From Eledone cirrhosa (taxonomy: Eukaryota): DNA of 64,000 bases. Shown here piece by piece: positions 1 through 13,466 of this stretch (positions are counted from its first letter, which is position 1; every line of letters begins with the position of its first letter). The notes beneath the pieces were generated by a model. The model saw only the letters and a list, made by a program, of their open reading frames with translations, searched no databases and was not told the DNA's origin. The DNA is taken from positions 140,182,001-140,246,000 of the forward strand of contig OZ024740.1 of the NCBI GenBank assembly GCA_964016885.1, in the 5' to 3' direction. Position numbers and translations under genes: made by a program.

Positions 1-32
<32 letters not shown>

Positions 33-439
33 CAAGTAAGTATGTTTTGAAACAGTGAGCAGGTTTGAAATTAGAAAATAGAATAGCTTTCACCGTATTT
101 TTTACTAAAGAAATTTTAGCCTGATAATGGGGTTTAGAACCCTCAGATAAATGGAAAAAGATGAGTATTGACATACACATACACATATATAGATATATAT
201 ACACTTACTCATACACATGTACATTTATTTTCTTTCATATATATTTTTTTTAAATATTAATATATAAGAAAAAACAGAGTTACTTAAAAATAAATTGCGA
301 TTGAGAAGGTTTAACCTCAATGTGTTTATACCGACAGAAATATAGTGAGGAGACTTTTAAAGAGTAGGGGAAAGGTGGCAATTTTAACTAAGAACATAAA
401 AAACAAATTAAGATGACAGAAAGAAATTCTTACATAGAG

Positions 440-1565
440 AAATAGAATGGATCAGTGCAGGGGGTTCTTTGAAAAGGATGTGATTTCCTTGTTAGGGTTT
501 TTATGGGACTGCCTGGTCTTAACCCTTTAGCATTTACGATATATACTATTATATTTTCATAGTAAAGGCTTTACCTCACATAATATCGAATCTATGAGAT
601 TTTGATATTTATTTGAGAACAATACCTTAACATCAGTATGTGTGGCCAGTTACAACCAGTTTGAAAGAGGTGAGAGAATTCTGGCCAGATACGGCCGGTT
701 TAAATGCTAAAATGTTAACATTTAATTTGAGCTTGTCTAGGGACCTTCTAAATCTGTAAGCTAGTTCGCCTGTAGGGGTTGTATTGACGAACATTACACT
801 CTGGTATTTATTGCTATCATACCATGAGTTAATTTTATTTGCCTTATTCCTAATCATTTCTATTCTATTCCAAGATGTTCTCCTATACATGGTGCAAGTC
901 CCATTTGCATCGTTTTCTACAATCTTTGCCCATTTGGTCCTGGCTCCTTTATATACCCTGATCTTATTTCTCTAATTGTAACGAAAGAACTGCATGCGAT
1001 CGATGAAGTGTTGTATGTGTCTCTCTAATTCTTTAGGGTTGCACACGCGAGACACGTTCCTCATTACTCTTACTAAGTCTGCAATCAGTATATTGATTTT
1101 AATGTGATCCAAAACAGCTGAATTTCGATGGATCAAGATCTTGGGTTTGGCATAATGCAAATGGAGGATTTGCGTTCTATTACTAATAGTTTCCAGCCAG
1201 AGTTCTGTGTCTAGTACGGGTAATCTATGGTTGGGGTGTTTGCTTGGGTAGTCTATAGTAACTTTAATACTCTGGTGGATAGAGTTAGCTATTTCTTGGA
1301 AGTTTCCCATGGTGTTCTTCTCTAATTCCTGACTGTTCTCCAGTGGGGGTCTTTTTACTATGATATTTATGTCATCTACGTAGCGGGAGTACATAGTCAG
1401 GGTTGTCGTCTAAGCGTTCCTTAAGTCATCTGTCCCACCATACCATAAAGAGGTTAGCTATATTACCTGCAATGCTGACGCCAATGGCTGCTCCCTCCTC
1501 TTGGGCATATGTTTTTTCATTAAACTTGAACATATGTTTCTTAGGGGTCAGTTTTATAGTGGCAT
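440..1565 (-). mobile_element. Penelope-like retroelement reverse transcriptase fragment (decayed)
   Basis: ORF 972-1394 has YSRYVDDINII and LPVLDTEL..HYAKP. The adjacent upstream minus frame reads QEEGAAIGVSIAGIIANLFMVWWDR (PLE RT motif). Downstream are SVMFVNTTPTGELA and, beyond the MITE, RPGSPIKTLTRKSHPF. Frameshifted. Confidence 0.85.
519..718. mobile_element. piggyBac-like MITE inserted in the Penelope fragment
   Basis: TTAA-CCCTTTAGCATTT at left and imperfect inverted AAATGCTAAAATG-TTAA at right. TTAA at both ends; interrupts the PLE coding sequence. Confidence 0.6.
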
Positions 1566-1890
1566 GAGACTTCAAGCTTATCAAAAGACTCCCTCAGTTA
1601 GGACCGATTTGTTCCAAAGTGATTGCTGCCAGTAACAAATTCGAAACGGGTGAAAATTATCACGTGGCTAGCAGTCAAGATAGAAGTGTTGTGAAGGGTA
1701 GACTGGTGGTCAGTAAGTTCATTGCTAGAAGTTACCGCCTAATTTTACTCAACCTAAGGGAGTTAGAACAAAGTCATAAGGAACATATATATTTAAACAT
1801 AAGCATAGATACATATATGAATGTAGACTACCGTCAACGGTGTGGCTCAATGGATGAATGAATTAAATAGATAAATATTAATCAGAAATG

Positions 1891-2439
1891 GAATAGAATG
1901 AAACGAAATTTCATTTCTCACTCTTAGTACGGCACTTACTTAAATGTAAGTATGTATGTATACGTACATACATATATGTATACAGACGTACAGTAGCATG
2001 CATATATATACATACAGGCACACATACATATATGCACGTATCAGTTTACCGAACATTTATTATAATGTTCGCTTTGTTCGTTTGTAAACAAACGAACAGC
2101 CTGATTTACGCCGTACAGTGTTTAGGCAACCACGTCACCTTTTTGTTCAACACTGACACAGGAACGATGTACTAGTTTCAAGCTTGTTAGCTATCGTCAG
2201 CACCGTATACCTTTCTGCCAGATGGTTGAACGTCCGAAAGTATATACTTTCCTTATGAAAATTAACGGCTGAGCAGCCTAATTTGCATATCGAGTGAGTT
2301 CAGTCGGCCAGGCGCACCGAAAACGATAAATGGAATAGAATGAAACGAAATTTCATTTCTCACTCTTAGTACGGCACTTACTTAAATGTAAGTATGTATG
2401 TATATGTACATACATATATGTATACAGACGTACAGTAGC

Positions 2440-2441
<2 letters not shown>
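1891..2441 (-). mobile_element. Non-coding hammerhead-bearing element, family A copy 1 (442-bp monomer plus ~110-bp repeated segment)
   Basis: gaatagaatgaaacgaaatttc... occurs at 1891 and again at 2333. Near-identical copy at 56778-57335. Ends in (TA)n. Confidence 0.8.
2164..2206 (-). ncRNA. Minimal type I hammerhead ribozyme motif
   Basis: Minus strand ACGGTG-CTGACGA-TAGCTAACAAGCTT-GAAAC-TA-GTA-CATCGT: 6-bp stem I, intact core, palindromic ACTAGT stem III, GUA cleavage triplet. Confidence 0.8.
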
Positions 2442-2512
<71 letters not shown>

Positions 2513-3294
2513 TATAGATATATATAGATATATCAGAGCTATATTAAATCAGAGCTATATTAAAATTATAAGTTTGAAGAAGTCAGATAAAACTTACCCA
2601 ATTTTTCTTCTTATTCCCTAGAAATTAACTGAATAAATAATCAATTAAACGGAGCTAAGTTTAAAATGTAAGTTTGAAGAAATAATAGATAAATGTTACC
2701 AATATTTCTCTAGTCCCGACTGTTGACAGTTTCGCTTGCACTTTGTGGGAATTTTTAATCCTTGCATTATCCATGAGGCTTCAAGCTTATCAAGAGACCG
2801 ATTTTCCCTGCAAATTGAAAAATGATAAACATCTTTAATCGATTTGTGGATCTTATTGAACCCTCATCAGAGGACGTGTATACCATCCAATCAACCACAA
2901 GGAAACATGTATTTGATGGGTATATATATATATATAAATTACCGATTTTCCAACACCACCACCACCACCACCCCACCCCCCGCGATGGTAAGGGAAACAT
3001 TGCATTTATACCTAGAATGCAACTAATACCAACAGATGTCCCTTTTCGTTTCAATATATATATGTGTGTGTACATGCATGTATACATATATACATACATG
3101 TATATGTACATATATAGTAAGGTGTATTATTGGTTGTGTCATACGCTCCAATAAACTTTTGTTAGCAATATTAAGTTCTCCACGCTTTTGTATATCTCCA
3201 ATTCCATTTATGGAAACAGCTAGATGATGTAAAACGGAGTATTTGTATCAAAATAAAGACCCGAAGGCATGGTATAAATTTCCAATCATTTTAA

Positions 3295-3368
3295 TCACGA
3301 CACATGTTTCAATAAGAGATAGATCGATCGTGTCGTCATGATCGATTATCACTGATCTCATCAGGTGA
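3295..3368 (-). ncRNA. Type I hammerhead ribozyme motif
   Basis: Minus strand TCAC-CTGATGA-gat...att-GAAAC-ATGT-GTC-GTGA; stem I TCAC/GTGA. Confidence 0.7.
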
Positions 3369-3969
3369 ATAATGAAATGTCTTCAAATCTTTGATTTGAG
3401 GGAGAAAAAACTAACGATGTTCACTCACTAGAGTTCTGTTCCCCATATGAAGAATCAGCAGCCAAAAACACGTCAACTGCTATCGTCTTCTGTCAGGGTC
3501 ATAAATCTATCAAGTCTCTATCTCTCAATAGCTGTAAAAGACGCTGGACAGGTCTAATCTCATCATCAAATCTGTAGAATTTCGGTCGGTCAACACAATT
3601 AGTGTGAGTGAGTGTACACAGACTCACGCACACCGACGCGAGGTCAGAGAAAAAATATATACACCAACACAGTATACACCGAAAGTTAGGTTACAAAACA
3701 ACAAATGTTATATTGGTTGTGAAATATAGATTGTGAAAACGTGCGGAGTATTAACAAGGTGTGGGTTAATCTTAGTTTGTTGTGTGGTCGGTAAAAGATT
3801 GCGTATCATATGATATGTGTCAGATATCAGTTTAGATATGATGATAATGAATTATCTATTAAAATGTGATATATCACAAATTCATGGATAGGAACATCAA
3901 GCTACATATGCTGTGATATTATCAGATACACGAAGAATCGTTATGTTCAGGATACAGAAATATGAATAT

Positions 3970-4065
3970 GTATGTATGCGCGTGCGCGCGTGCGTAGTGT
4001 GTGTGCGTGTGTGTGTGTGCATGTTTGTGTGTGCGTGTGTGTCTGTGTGCGCGCGTGTGTGTGTG

Positions 4066-4144
<79 letters not shown>

Positions 4145-4170
4145 ATGTGTGTGTGTGTATGTGTGTGTGT
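3970..4170. repeat. Compound (GT)n/(GCGT)n microsatellite
   Basis: Direct inspection; source of the HTHT/CVCV/ARTH ORFs. Confidence 0.95.
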
Positions 4171-4879
4171 AATTGAAGGTAGGCATGGCAATCATGAGTT
4201 ATCGGGTTCGATTCCATTGCGAGGCAAAGCTTCTGGTCAACTCAAGACTTCTTAATGAAATTGGATAGACGGAAACTGTGGAAAATCGTTCGATGAATTT
4301 CTGCTGTAATTTAAAGATCCAGCCTTGTCACATGTGGTGTTATACTTATTTTGCCTGATAATTACATTAAGGATACACGTGTCAGTAGATTACTCAGTAA
4401 TTTGCACCTTATTTTCCTGAGTCGAGTGTTCACTTGATCGAACAACTGAATGCTCAACATCAAAACTGGTGAAGGATCCAGCACCATCTATTATTTGTGC
4501 AGATTGTAAGCTTAAATAGATATCATGACCTCTCCCAGTACTACCATTATAATTAACAAAGTGTATGTTGAACCTATATCAGTTCTGACCCACGAATATT
4601 CCAGTTTTTATGAACAGTACAGCCTGCTCGTGAAATTGGCGTCAAAGTGGCTGAGAATTCCAAAGACACATGTATTCTTAAAGAAATTCTCTGGAAGATT
4701 CAACGTGACACGATACGTGACAAAGCTGGCCCATTGAATCACAAGTACATCTCATTTTTACCAGCTGAGTGGACGAGTCTAAGTCTCAGTCTAAAGTTTG
4801 TAAGCCAGAACAAGACTTCCCCCCTGGACAGGACGTCGGTCCATCGCAAGGTTAAAGCCCCAGATATTGTTGGTACTCA

Positions 4880-5150
4880 TTTTCAGGTGAGTATACTGGA
4901 GCAACGTGAAATGAAGTGTTTTGCTCAAGAAAACAACACGCAACCCAGCCCAGGAATCGAACCCACAACATTATGATCTTAAGTCCAACAACCTTACAAA
5001 TAGACCACGTAGCTCCATTCATGAGTGGGCAAGAGGAATGTGAAATTTGATATTTGACTCAAGGAAACAACCTGCCGCCGGGAATAGAACTGATGACTTC
5101 ACGATCGTGAGTTGAACACTTTAATCACTAAACCACTTGCTTACACCATA
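4880..5150 (-). mobile_element. tRNA-derived SINE fragments (family 2)
   Basis: Reverse complement of the ...gtggtt..ggttcgattcctgg...gttgtgt..cttgagcaa head/core also seen at 8978, 14517, 7450-7575 and 59040-59140. Confidence 0.65.
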
Positions 5151-5857
5151 ATTAACAATAGCAACATTGTCAACAACAAAATCAATAACAGCTTGCACCT
5201 AATTATGTTTGTTTGACATTGGATAGTGAAGTGGTAACAAACAAAGTCATAGAAGGGCAAGGTGTGGTTTTCTGACGTCATTAAACACATTGTATGATGT
5301 AATGCCCAGTTGGTTTACGAAAACACTATATAGTTAATTACATACATACATATATACATACATACATACATACATACATACATACATACATACATACATA
5401 CATACATACATACATACATACATACATACATACATACAAGCATTCGTATAAATGTATATATATATATATATATATATATGCGCTAGTATTATATCACCCA
5501 CAGTCAGTTGTTTGTGTTGATGACATCAACGTGATGAGATGAATGATCTGATGACCTAGGCTGTTGCATCAGAGCAATCCTTTTCATACCATCCGTTATC
5601 TTTTAGCAGATATTCTATCAAGGGCAAGGCAAACTGAAGATTATTGTAAAATGTTGGCCTACGACCGCGTACATTCGCTGTTGTTCCGATTCCATATCTT
5701 CCTCCTCCACCACCACCACGTTACTTTCTTCAAATACGCTAAAATAAAGAAACAGTAGTTTGTTATAAAGAAATTTGTTTATTAACATTTACACTACTTA
5801 TTTGTTCTTCCTTATGTTGCATATTTTCATATTGTATTATTTTCCCCTGACAAAAGC

Positions 5858-6123
5858 AGCCACCTAAGAACTTTTTGACCTCAGCAAAAAATAGCAAGGA
5901 ACTCCAGAGCCCTATTGCTGCTAATGCCAAGGCCCCAACAATAACAATAACAACAACTCCAACGGCAGCAGCAGCACCAGCAGCAGCAAAATTAATACCA
6001 ACACCTAAGACAGAAACAAAAGCGCCACCGAAAGGAGCACCAGGGGCAGAAGGCATCAACGAACCCATCCGGGGGTCTCCCAACTCAGATCTCTCTCCTC
6101 CCTTTCATTCAAACACACATTGA
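5858..6123 (+). other. Possible Ala/Pro/Thr-rich terminal exon or decayed coding segment
   Basis: Open frame (PPKNFLTSAKNSKELQSPIAANAKAPT...NTH*) after a pyrimidine tract and aaagcag. No recognisable domain. Confidence 0.2.
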
Positions 6124-6289
6124 CACTCACACAAACACCACACACACACACACCCATATCCGGATCAACACTTTCCGACATCGGTAAACCTTCGTCTCGC
6201 AGTGAAGACGCGAGGGAATCCTCCAAAACGGAAAAACAAAAAAAACGAGTCTCCGAGCATTGCTGATTTATGAATTTATGTCGAACACC

Positions 6290-6860
6290 TGCTGTTACGC
6301 GTAGGATGGATCCGGCTATCAACTGAGTTTATCCTGAAGATCACCGCGCCGTCTTCCTTCAGCCGGGAAAGAGACAGTTTTTATCTGCCTGATTACCATG
6401 GTGAAAGAGGTCGTGTGGTGAACGCGTTTGAAAGGGTTGAAAACAAATACTTTCCTCTTCAGCGAAGCCCTATTTAACTTTTTAAGGTTTCACTTGAAGA
6501 GGAAAATCAGTGGGAAGGTGGAAGTGCTACCTTTCAAACACTTTGTTGAAAGCTGGGTGAGAGTGGCGGGCATAGCCCGATTGAATATGCCTTCTCTGAG
6601 TATACACCTGTTTACTTGAGGAGGACAGCTGGAAAGGGGCACTTACCCCAATGGTCAGGATGCTCGTGGCCTTTTATTAGATTTCTAATGACCCTCGACG
6701 AACTCCCTTCCTCTTGTTGGGGCTTTTATTTTGATTGATTTTTTAATGTTTATTTTTTAGTTTTGTTATAACATTTTTACACACTAAAACTCACATTGAG
6801 TCGTCCTGTACCGTCTTTATTTTTTTCTTAATTCGAGATATGTGTGGCTAATAAAGGAAC
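6290..6860 (+). mobile_element. Tx1/L1-like LINE 3' fragment
   Basis: KGLKTNTFLFSEALFNFLRFHLKRKISG..FVESWVRVAGIARL aligns with the C-terminus of ORF 53054-54247. Same tgtggctaataaag 3' end. Confidence 0.75.
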
Positions 6861-7009
6861 CAATATTGTTAAATAAAGAAACTATTATTATTATTATTTA
6901 TCAGGTCAGTAAAATAAAGTACCAGTAATGCACTGGAGCCGATTTAATCGACTTTCCCCTCCCCATCAAATCGCTGGCCTTGTGCCTAAAGTAGAAACAA
7001 TTATTATTA

Positions 7010-7235
7010 GGGCGGTGGATTGGCAGTATCTGTAGAGAGTCGGACGCCATGCTTTGACGTATAGAGTTACGGTCCTTGCCATTCTGAGTTCAAATCCCGC
7101 CGAGGTTAACTTTGTCTTTCACCTTTACGGGGTCGATAAAATAAAGTAGCAGAAACGCACTGGGCACGAATTAATCGACTTTCCTCTCCCCCAAAAATTA
7201 CTAGCATTGTGCCTAAAGTATAAACAATTATTATT
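7010..7235 (+). mobile_element. tRNA-derived SINE family 1 (representative copy)
   Basis: GGCGGTGGATTGGCAG (A box)...GAGTTCAAATCCC (B box), then core gccgaggttaactttg.ctttcatcctt.cggggtcgataaaataaagtaccag and a (TTA)n tail. At least 10 copies or fragments in the window. Confidence 0.85.
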
Positions 7236-7884
7236 ACTATTAACTGTGTTATTACTGGACCTCATTCAGTTCCAATGACATGTTTTCCAATTGTTGGATC
7301 AACAGCCTGCTCGTGAAATTGATGCTCAAGAGCCAAAGCATTTCACAGACACATGTTCTCTTAATGTAAATAGCAGGGAGATTCAACATGACAGTGTTTG
7401 ACATGGCTGACCTCTAAAATTACAGGTAAGTTTTTTTGTTTTGTTTCTTGCCAGCTGAGTGAACCGGAACAATGATAAATAAAGTGCCTTGCTCAAGGAT
7501 AAAAACGCGCGGCCGAAAACCAAACTTACGACCTTACGATCATGATCTGGACTCCCTAGCCACTAAACCACGTACCTTCAGATTAGCTGTATTAACTCTG
7601 TCATTGAGAGTTGATTGTCTTGGCCATTGATACTACACTATCTCAGTAAGAAAACTTGAACTAGTGACACGATGGATGAGAGTCCCAGCTAACGTAGATA
7701 TAGTTCTGGACATTATATTTAACTAAGGATGGAGTGCTTTGCCGTATTCGTTCCGGCTTTCTTCGATTTGAGTTCAAAAACTTGGTCAACTTTACTTTTG
7801 ATTCTTTCGAGATCGATTCGATAAAAAGAATGTTCAGTACTGGAGACGATTATTCCTCCCTCTCTCTCTCTCGCTCGCTCGCTC

Positions 7885-7970
<86 letters not shown>

Positions 7971-8514
7971 CCTCTCTCTCTTTCTCCTCGCTCTCTCTTT
8001 ATATATTTTTTTCTCTCTCTCTTTCTCTCTTCCCCTCTCAGTGTAAGAAGAAGACGATTGCTTCTGACAGGGTCCATTGGAAGGAGTGTTTAAGAATTCT
8101 GCCTCCATGACCCTGCCAGGAATATGTGGGTGAAGAAGAAGAAGAAGAAGAAGAAGAAGAAGAAGAAGAAGAAACCGGCTGTGTTCAGACATAGATAGGG
8201 ATGGGCTCCGCCTGGTAGTAAAATTCCCCTAGAACTCCATCAGGATTTACGGACCCATAAATTCATACATGGAAGCTTATGCAAAATTGAGAAATGGTGA
8301 GATCTGTTTACATGATCCGGAAGTGTGACGTTCTAACGACTCGACCCATTTCCGCAGTCAACCGGCTACCATTATGTGAATGAGCCCTGTCAATAAGTTC
8401 CGTTTACATTTTTAATATTCATCTGATACTATCAACAGTTTGAGAGAGAAAGGAACGTATCCTTATGAATTATTAAATAACAATGACACTGATTGTATCG
8501 ACCCTCGTCCCACG

Positions 8515-8649
<135 letters not shown>

Positions 8650-8977
8650 CCGCGCTGTATTCCTATCTGGCGCCTTGTTCAGGTTATCAACATTAGAAAT
8701 ACAGGTGGAAACTGTTTTTCTTTCAATTATATATTATTTAAAATACGATTATACTTTACGTAACGGCAAATTAGTGGAGTCGTTAGTCGGACTAAGATAT
8801 AATGTCTGAAAGAATAAACATCTAGATGATCACGACTGAAAAACCTGTATCAAAGATGATCTGGGTAAAATAACAACAGTAGTTTTAATTCCAACGCATG
8901 ATCTCATATCAAATCATTTGCCTCATAATTACAATCCAAAATCTTTATTTTATTTTGTTTTATTTTATTTGTAAATG

Positions 8978-9230
8978 TGTGTGGTTTAGTGGTTATGATG
9001 TTCAGCTCGCAATTGTAAATTCCTGATTTCGATTTCCGACGGCGCGTTGTGTCCTTGAGCAAGACATGTCATTTCCCGTTGCTCCAGTCTACACAGCTAG
9101 CAAAAATGCGTTGTATCTGTAATTCAAAGGGCCTGTCTTGTCACACACTGTGTTACACTGAATCTCAACGAGGACTACGTTAATGACATACGTGCTTGTG
9201 AAATGCTGAGCCACTTACACGTTAAATTTC
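8978..9230 (+). mobile_element. tRNA-derived SINE family 2
   Basis: gtggtttagtggtt head, ggcgcgttgtgtccttgagcaag core, and a shared tail (cttgtcacac...gaatctc...tacgtt) also at 4300-4450 and 47000-47120. Confidence 0.65.
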
Positions 9231-9465
9231 ATGGGCATGTGGTTAGAATGTCTCAGGAAAGAGTTGCTGGACAGATTTTACGCGTAAAACCAACCGGCAA
9301 GAGACCCAGGAGTAGACCCGAGCAAGATGGTTGGATAACATCCATGAGTTTGGCTGGTCATGCCAGGGAATCCAATCGGATCAGTTGGAGGCGGTTGCTT
9401 CTTACAAGACCCGCTGGAGGGAGAGTTTGAGGTCTCTGCCCCCACGACCCTGTCAGGAATAAGAT
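9230..9465 (+). mobile_element. RTE-like LINE 3' end fragment
   Basis: GHVVRMSQERVAGQILRVKPTGKRPRSRP resembles the C-terminal motif of RTE-clade ORFs. Confidence 0.6.
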
Positions 9466-10194
9466 CTCTAACGGCATCATCGTTAAGGGAACATCATTCT
9501 TTTACTTCTTGTCAACATAAAACGACAGTGATAAACTACTAGTAATTTCCTCTTCCAGAAGAATTGGGCGACCTAGAAAAACCTACGTATCAAAGAAACT
9601 GGGATAATCTTGAGTGATTTGGTATTAAAAGTGTTAATGAAAGACACCGTTAGTTTGGGTTTCTGATTAACCAATCAAGAGGATACGTTTTTTTAGGAAT
9701 ATGGGGCGGTTACAGAATTTTATACATTCTATGTATAAGAACATATTGTAAAAAATATTGTATTGAGGTCGTAGGTATTCAAGAGTAGAGTACATATTTT
9801 TCTAAAGTTGATATAATAATTTGATTCGTAGTTTCAATGAAAAGTATTTTTCATAATGTAAATAATTCTTATAGAAAGTGTTATGATATTATAAATGTTA
9901 TAACATTGTAAATCGTAAATAAGTCCAAAGACGTATGTTTATTAAACATGGATTTAGACTCACTGTGTAAAAAATGTTTGTGGTTAAACCACTGGTCTTT
10001 CTCTACAGAAACTAGTAGAGTTACTTAGAGGTTCGTCCTGAAGAGAGAGTTCTCACTATATCAATTAACACCATGTACAAATTGTTTTAGCAAACGTACA
10101 TATGGATTTACAATATATCCACGCATATATCTGTATGTATGTATCTAAGTAAGTATGATTTTATGTATATATGTATGTATGTATGTATGTGTGC

Positions 10195-10510
10195 ATGGTC
10201 TGGTCGACGGCGACTAAACCGGTAACCCCACCAAGCTTCCTTGATGAGGAGGGTGATTTTGGACACCCTGCAAAATGAAAAAAAAATGTCAAAGAGCGGA
10301 GGAACACAGAAGAGTCAACGACTGTCCAATGAAGGTTTTTTTTCTTTTTGTGGAGCGAGAGACTTCTAGTCTTCATTAAGACATCTCTCTAGGAGAAGGT
10401 CACTCTGATATGAAACCTGCGACTTCGTTTGCATCCAATGATGTTGACCAGATCTACTTTTTGGATAAATGTATTCGATATTCAGAGAGCGGGATTGGCC
10501 CCGTGTAAAG
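10195..10510 (+). repeat. Interspersed repeat, probably an RTE-like 5' UTR; second copy at ~41480-42030
   Basis: Shared ggcgactaaac..accccaccaag..gaggagggtga.tttggaca.cctgca and ctaggagaagg...ctctgatat blocks. Confidence 0.55.
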
Positions 10511-10982
10511 TGTACATGTGTGAGACGTGCATGCTTCCGTATTTGTGTATATAAGTATGTGTATGAATATGTGTGTTTATGTACGTATAGATATGTATGT
10601 ATATATGTGTATGTATACATATATATATGTGTGTGTGTGTAAGTATGTATGTAAGTAATTGTCTAACCATTCAGTAATCTGGTAATAGTTTACCTACTAA
10701 AGAAGATACAACAGATAGTATAGTTCCATGTGACAAAGGTGCCAGTTTCCATAGCAATTATAAAGTGAAGTAACGGATGCGGAAATAGTTGTCATTAAGC
10801 CAGCATGGAGTCAATGTTGTGTATATGGAGGTGCGTTGGTGGATGGAGGGGAGTCATGTTGGTGTCAAATTTGTGTGAATTAACATCTGTAAGATGGAAT
10901 ACTCTGAGAAGAGACGGAAAAAGACGAAAGGGAGGAGATGTATAAAAGAATTAGTAAATATAGATATATAAACAGACAGACA

Positions 10983-11079
<97 letters not shown>

Positions 11080-11231
11080 TATTATATTATATATTATACT
11101 ACATTACATATGACCTTGATCACCTTGACCGACCAGTCTGTCGGGCGCCAATCGGCGCCGCTGGTCACAGCACGTCGTGCTCTTTTAGCCATAAGATAAC
11201 GCCATCCCACTGGCTGGGCGGGCAGGCCAAC

Positions 11232-11300
<69 letters not shown>

Positions 11301-11639
11301 GTGAGGTTTTTTTTACAAAATGAAAAATAACCGAAGTGTCCTACACGAGTGAAAGTATAAAGAAAAAGAGATGAAATCGAAAATGCAACTGGAGTCTTAT
11401 GTTTTTAAAAAATATATATATTTATTTGGTTCCTTTACCGGTTTCGCAGTTCTTCTGCTTTTCAAAAGTAGAGTTGAGATGGAGGGTCTGTGGTTTTTCT
11501 CACATCTGAGACTTATATATATATATAAGTTTAACCACATTAAGTAAGGTACTCAATACATAGCAGAGTATAAATATTTAATATAGAAATGGCTTCTAGA
11601 GGACTAGAACTGTTTCATTCGAGAGAAATCATCAGCAAG

Positions 11640-11707
<68 letters not shown>

Positions 11708-11749
11708 TCCGGAGCGAAGTAATTCACGTCTATATCAAGTGGTAATTGA

Positions 11750-12790
11750 TATAGAGATGGGAAGAGTTCGGTAGTAATGGATAGTGTGAGAGAGAGTGTT
11801 GTGTGAATGAGAGAGAGTGTTGATATAGAGAGAGGGAGAGTTTGGTGGTAATTTATATAGAGAGGGAGTTGGAAGAGTTCCGTGTAGTAGATGTAGAGAG
11901 GGGAAGTATTTGGTATTAACTAATATAGTGAGGAGGTCGGACGAGAGTTCTGTGTAGTAGATATAGAGAGAGATAGAGTTTGGTATTAATTGATATAGAG
12001 AGGAGGAGAGTTTGGCGTTAATTGTTATACAGAGGGGGGCTGGGAAAGAGTGTTGTATGATTGATGTAGAGCGGGAGAATTTGGTGGTAATGAATGGGGT
12101 GAGAGGATTGTTAGCGATAGGTATTGTTAGATATAGAGAGGGGGAGAGTTTGGTAGTGATAGATAGAGTGAGAGGGAAAGATAGAGAATGTTGTATGGTA
12201 GATATAGAGAGGGGGATAGTTTGGTGGTAATTGATATAGTGAGGCGGATTGGGAGAGAGAGTGTCGTGTAGTAGATATAGATAGAGAGGGGTAGATTTCA
12301 ATGCTTGTAGATATTGAGGGGGTTGGGAGAGATAAATATTGCTAAATATATAGAGGGGGACTGGTTGAGGCATTGTCGTAAAAGATATAGAGGGGGTAGT
12401 TTGTGATGGATAGTGCGAGAACGATTACGACAATGTGTGATAGAGATGGCGATAAGGAGAGTTTGGAGATATTTGATATGAAGAGGGAGATTGGGAGAGT
12501 GTTTTGAATATTAGATATACAGAGGGGGAGAATTTGTTGGTTGTAGATATATAGAGAGGGATAATTGCAAAGTGCCGGGTAGTAGATATAGAGAAGGTGG
12601 GAGTTTGGGGGTGATTGGTAAGAGAGGGGGATTGGGAGAGATAAGTGTAGATATTTATAGAGAGGGGGATAAGGGAGTCGGTGTCGTGGTAGTTATAGAG
12701 AGGGAAAGAGATTGATTTTAATAGATACAGAGAGGGGGATTAAAGAGAGTTTTTTGTGATAGACAGAGAGAGGAGAAGAGTTTGGTGGTA
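11750..12790. repeat. Degenerate purine-rich minisatellite (~30-bp unit)
   Basis: Recurring gagagtttggtggtaattgatatagagaggg variants; very few C on the + strand. Confidence 0.8.
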
Positions 12791-12978
12791 CTCTCGGGTC
12801 CCAAAAGGCAATACCGAAGTAGAGCTTAAATATTCATTTAATATGGCTCAATGATGAGCCTCGTTACCCTGGAGTCTCACCTGGGTACGCACAGGATCAT
12901 CAGACAAGACTGGCATTCCTGTGAGTGCGCAAGTGAAACTTTAGAGTAACAAATCTCATCAATAGCCATAATAATAGA

Positions 12979-13013
<35 letters not shown>

Positions 13014-13160
13014 AAGTGAAGAAATTGGGTATAATGCCAGCTTCTTACCAAATGCGAAAAAGTTCGATATATTAACCCCTTAGGATTGCGTGCAGAGCCT
13101 AATTTTCTTTTTACTGTGTGTGTGTGTGTATATATATATGTATATATATATATACACACA

Positions 13161-13406
13161 CAGTAGAGGTGGAACTGGTGGGGGGGGGGGGGGGCATGCC
13201 CCCACACACACAATAATTATATTTTCTCCCTAAACTACCAAAGCACACATCTATTTGGATATGCGCTACAATTTACATGTTATGTTTATCACATATCGAC
13301 ATTTTCTGACCATTTTAGAGTGCAAAGAGCTAAACTAATCACTACAACTAAATTTACCAAATCCCCCCCCCCCCCCCCCCACAATTCAGAAATGCTTCCA
13401 CCGCCC

Positions 13407-13409
<3 letters not shown>
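13161..13409. mobile_element. MITE with imperfect terminal inverted repeats
   Basis: Left end cagtagaggtggaac; reverse complement of right end caggggcggtggaagc. G/C runs lie inside the ends. Confidence 0.5.

Positions 13410-13466
<57 letters not shown>

Noticed and set aside
2720-2880. Additional degenerate hammerhead-like strings (also near 121, 11440, 11605, 13670, 31765, 56310, 59600 and 63570)
   Set aside because: Core or stem I too mutated to call individually; possibly decayed relatives.
5763-6083. Hydrophobic minus-strand ORF resembling a membrane protein
   Set aside because: Antisense of a low-complexity ACA/GCA-rich tract; no family motifs.
7010-7100. tRNA genes
   Set aside because: The A and B boxes belong to SINE heads; no complete cloverleaf.
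11735-12373. 212-aa minus-strand ORF
   Set aside because: Lies wholly within a degenerate minisatellite.
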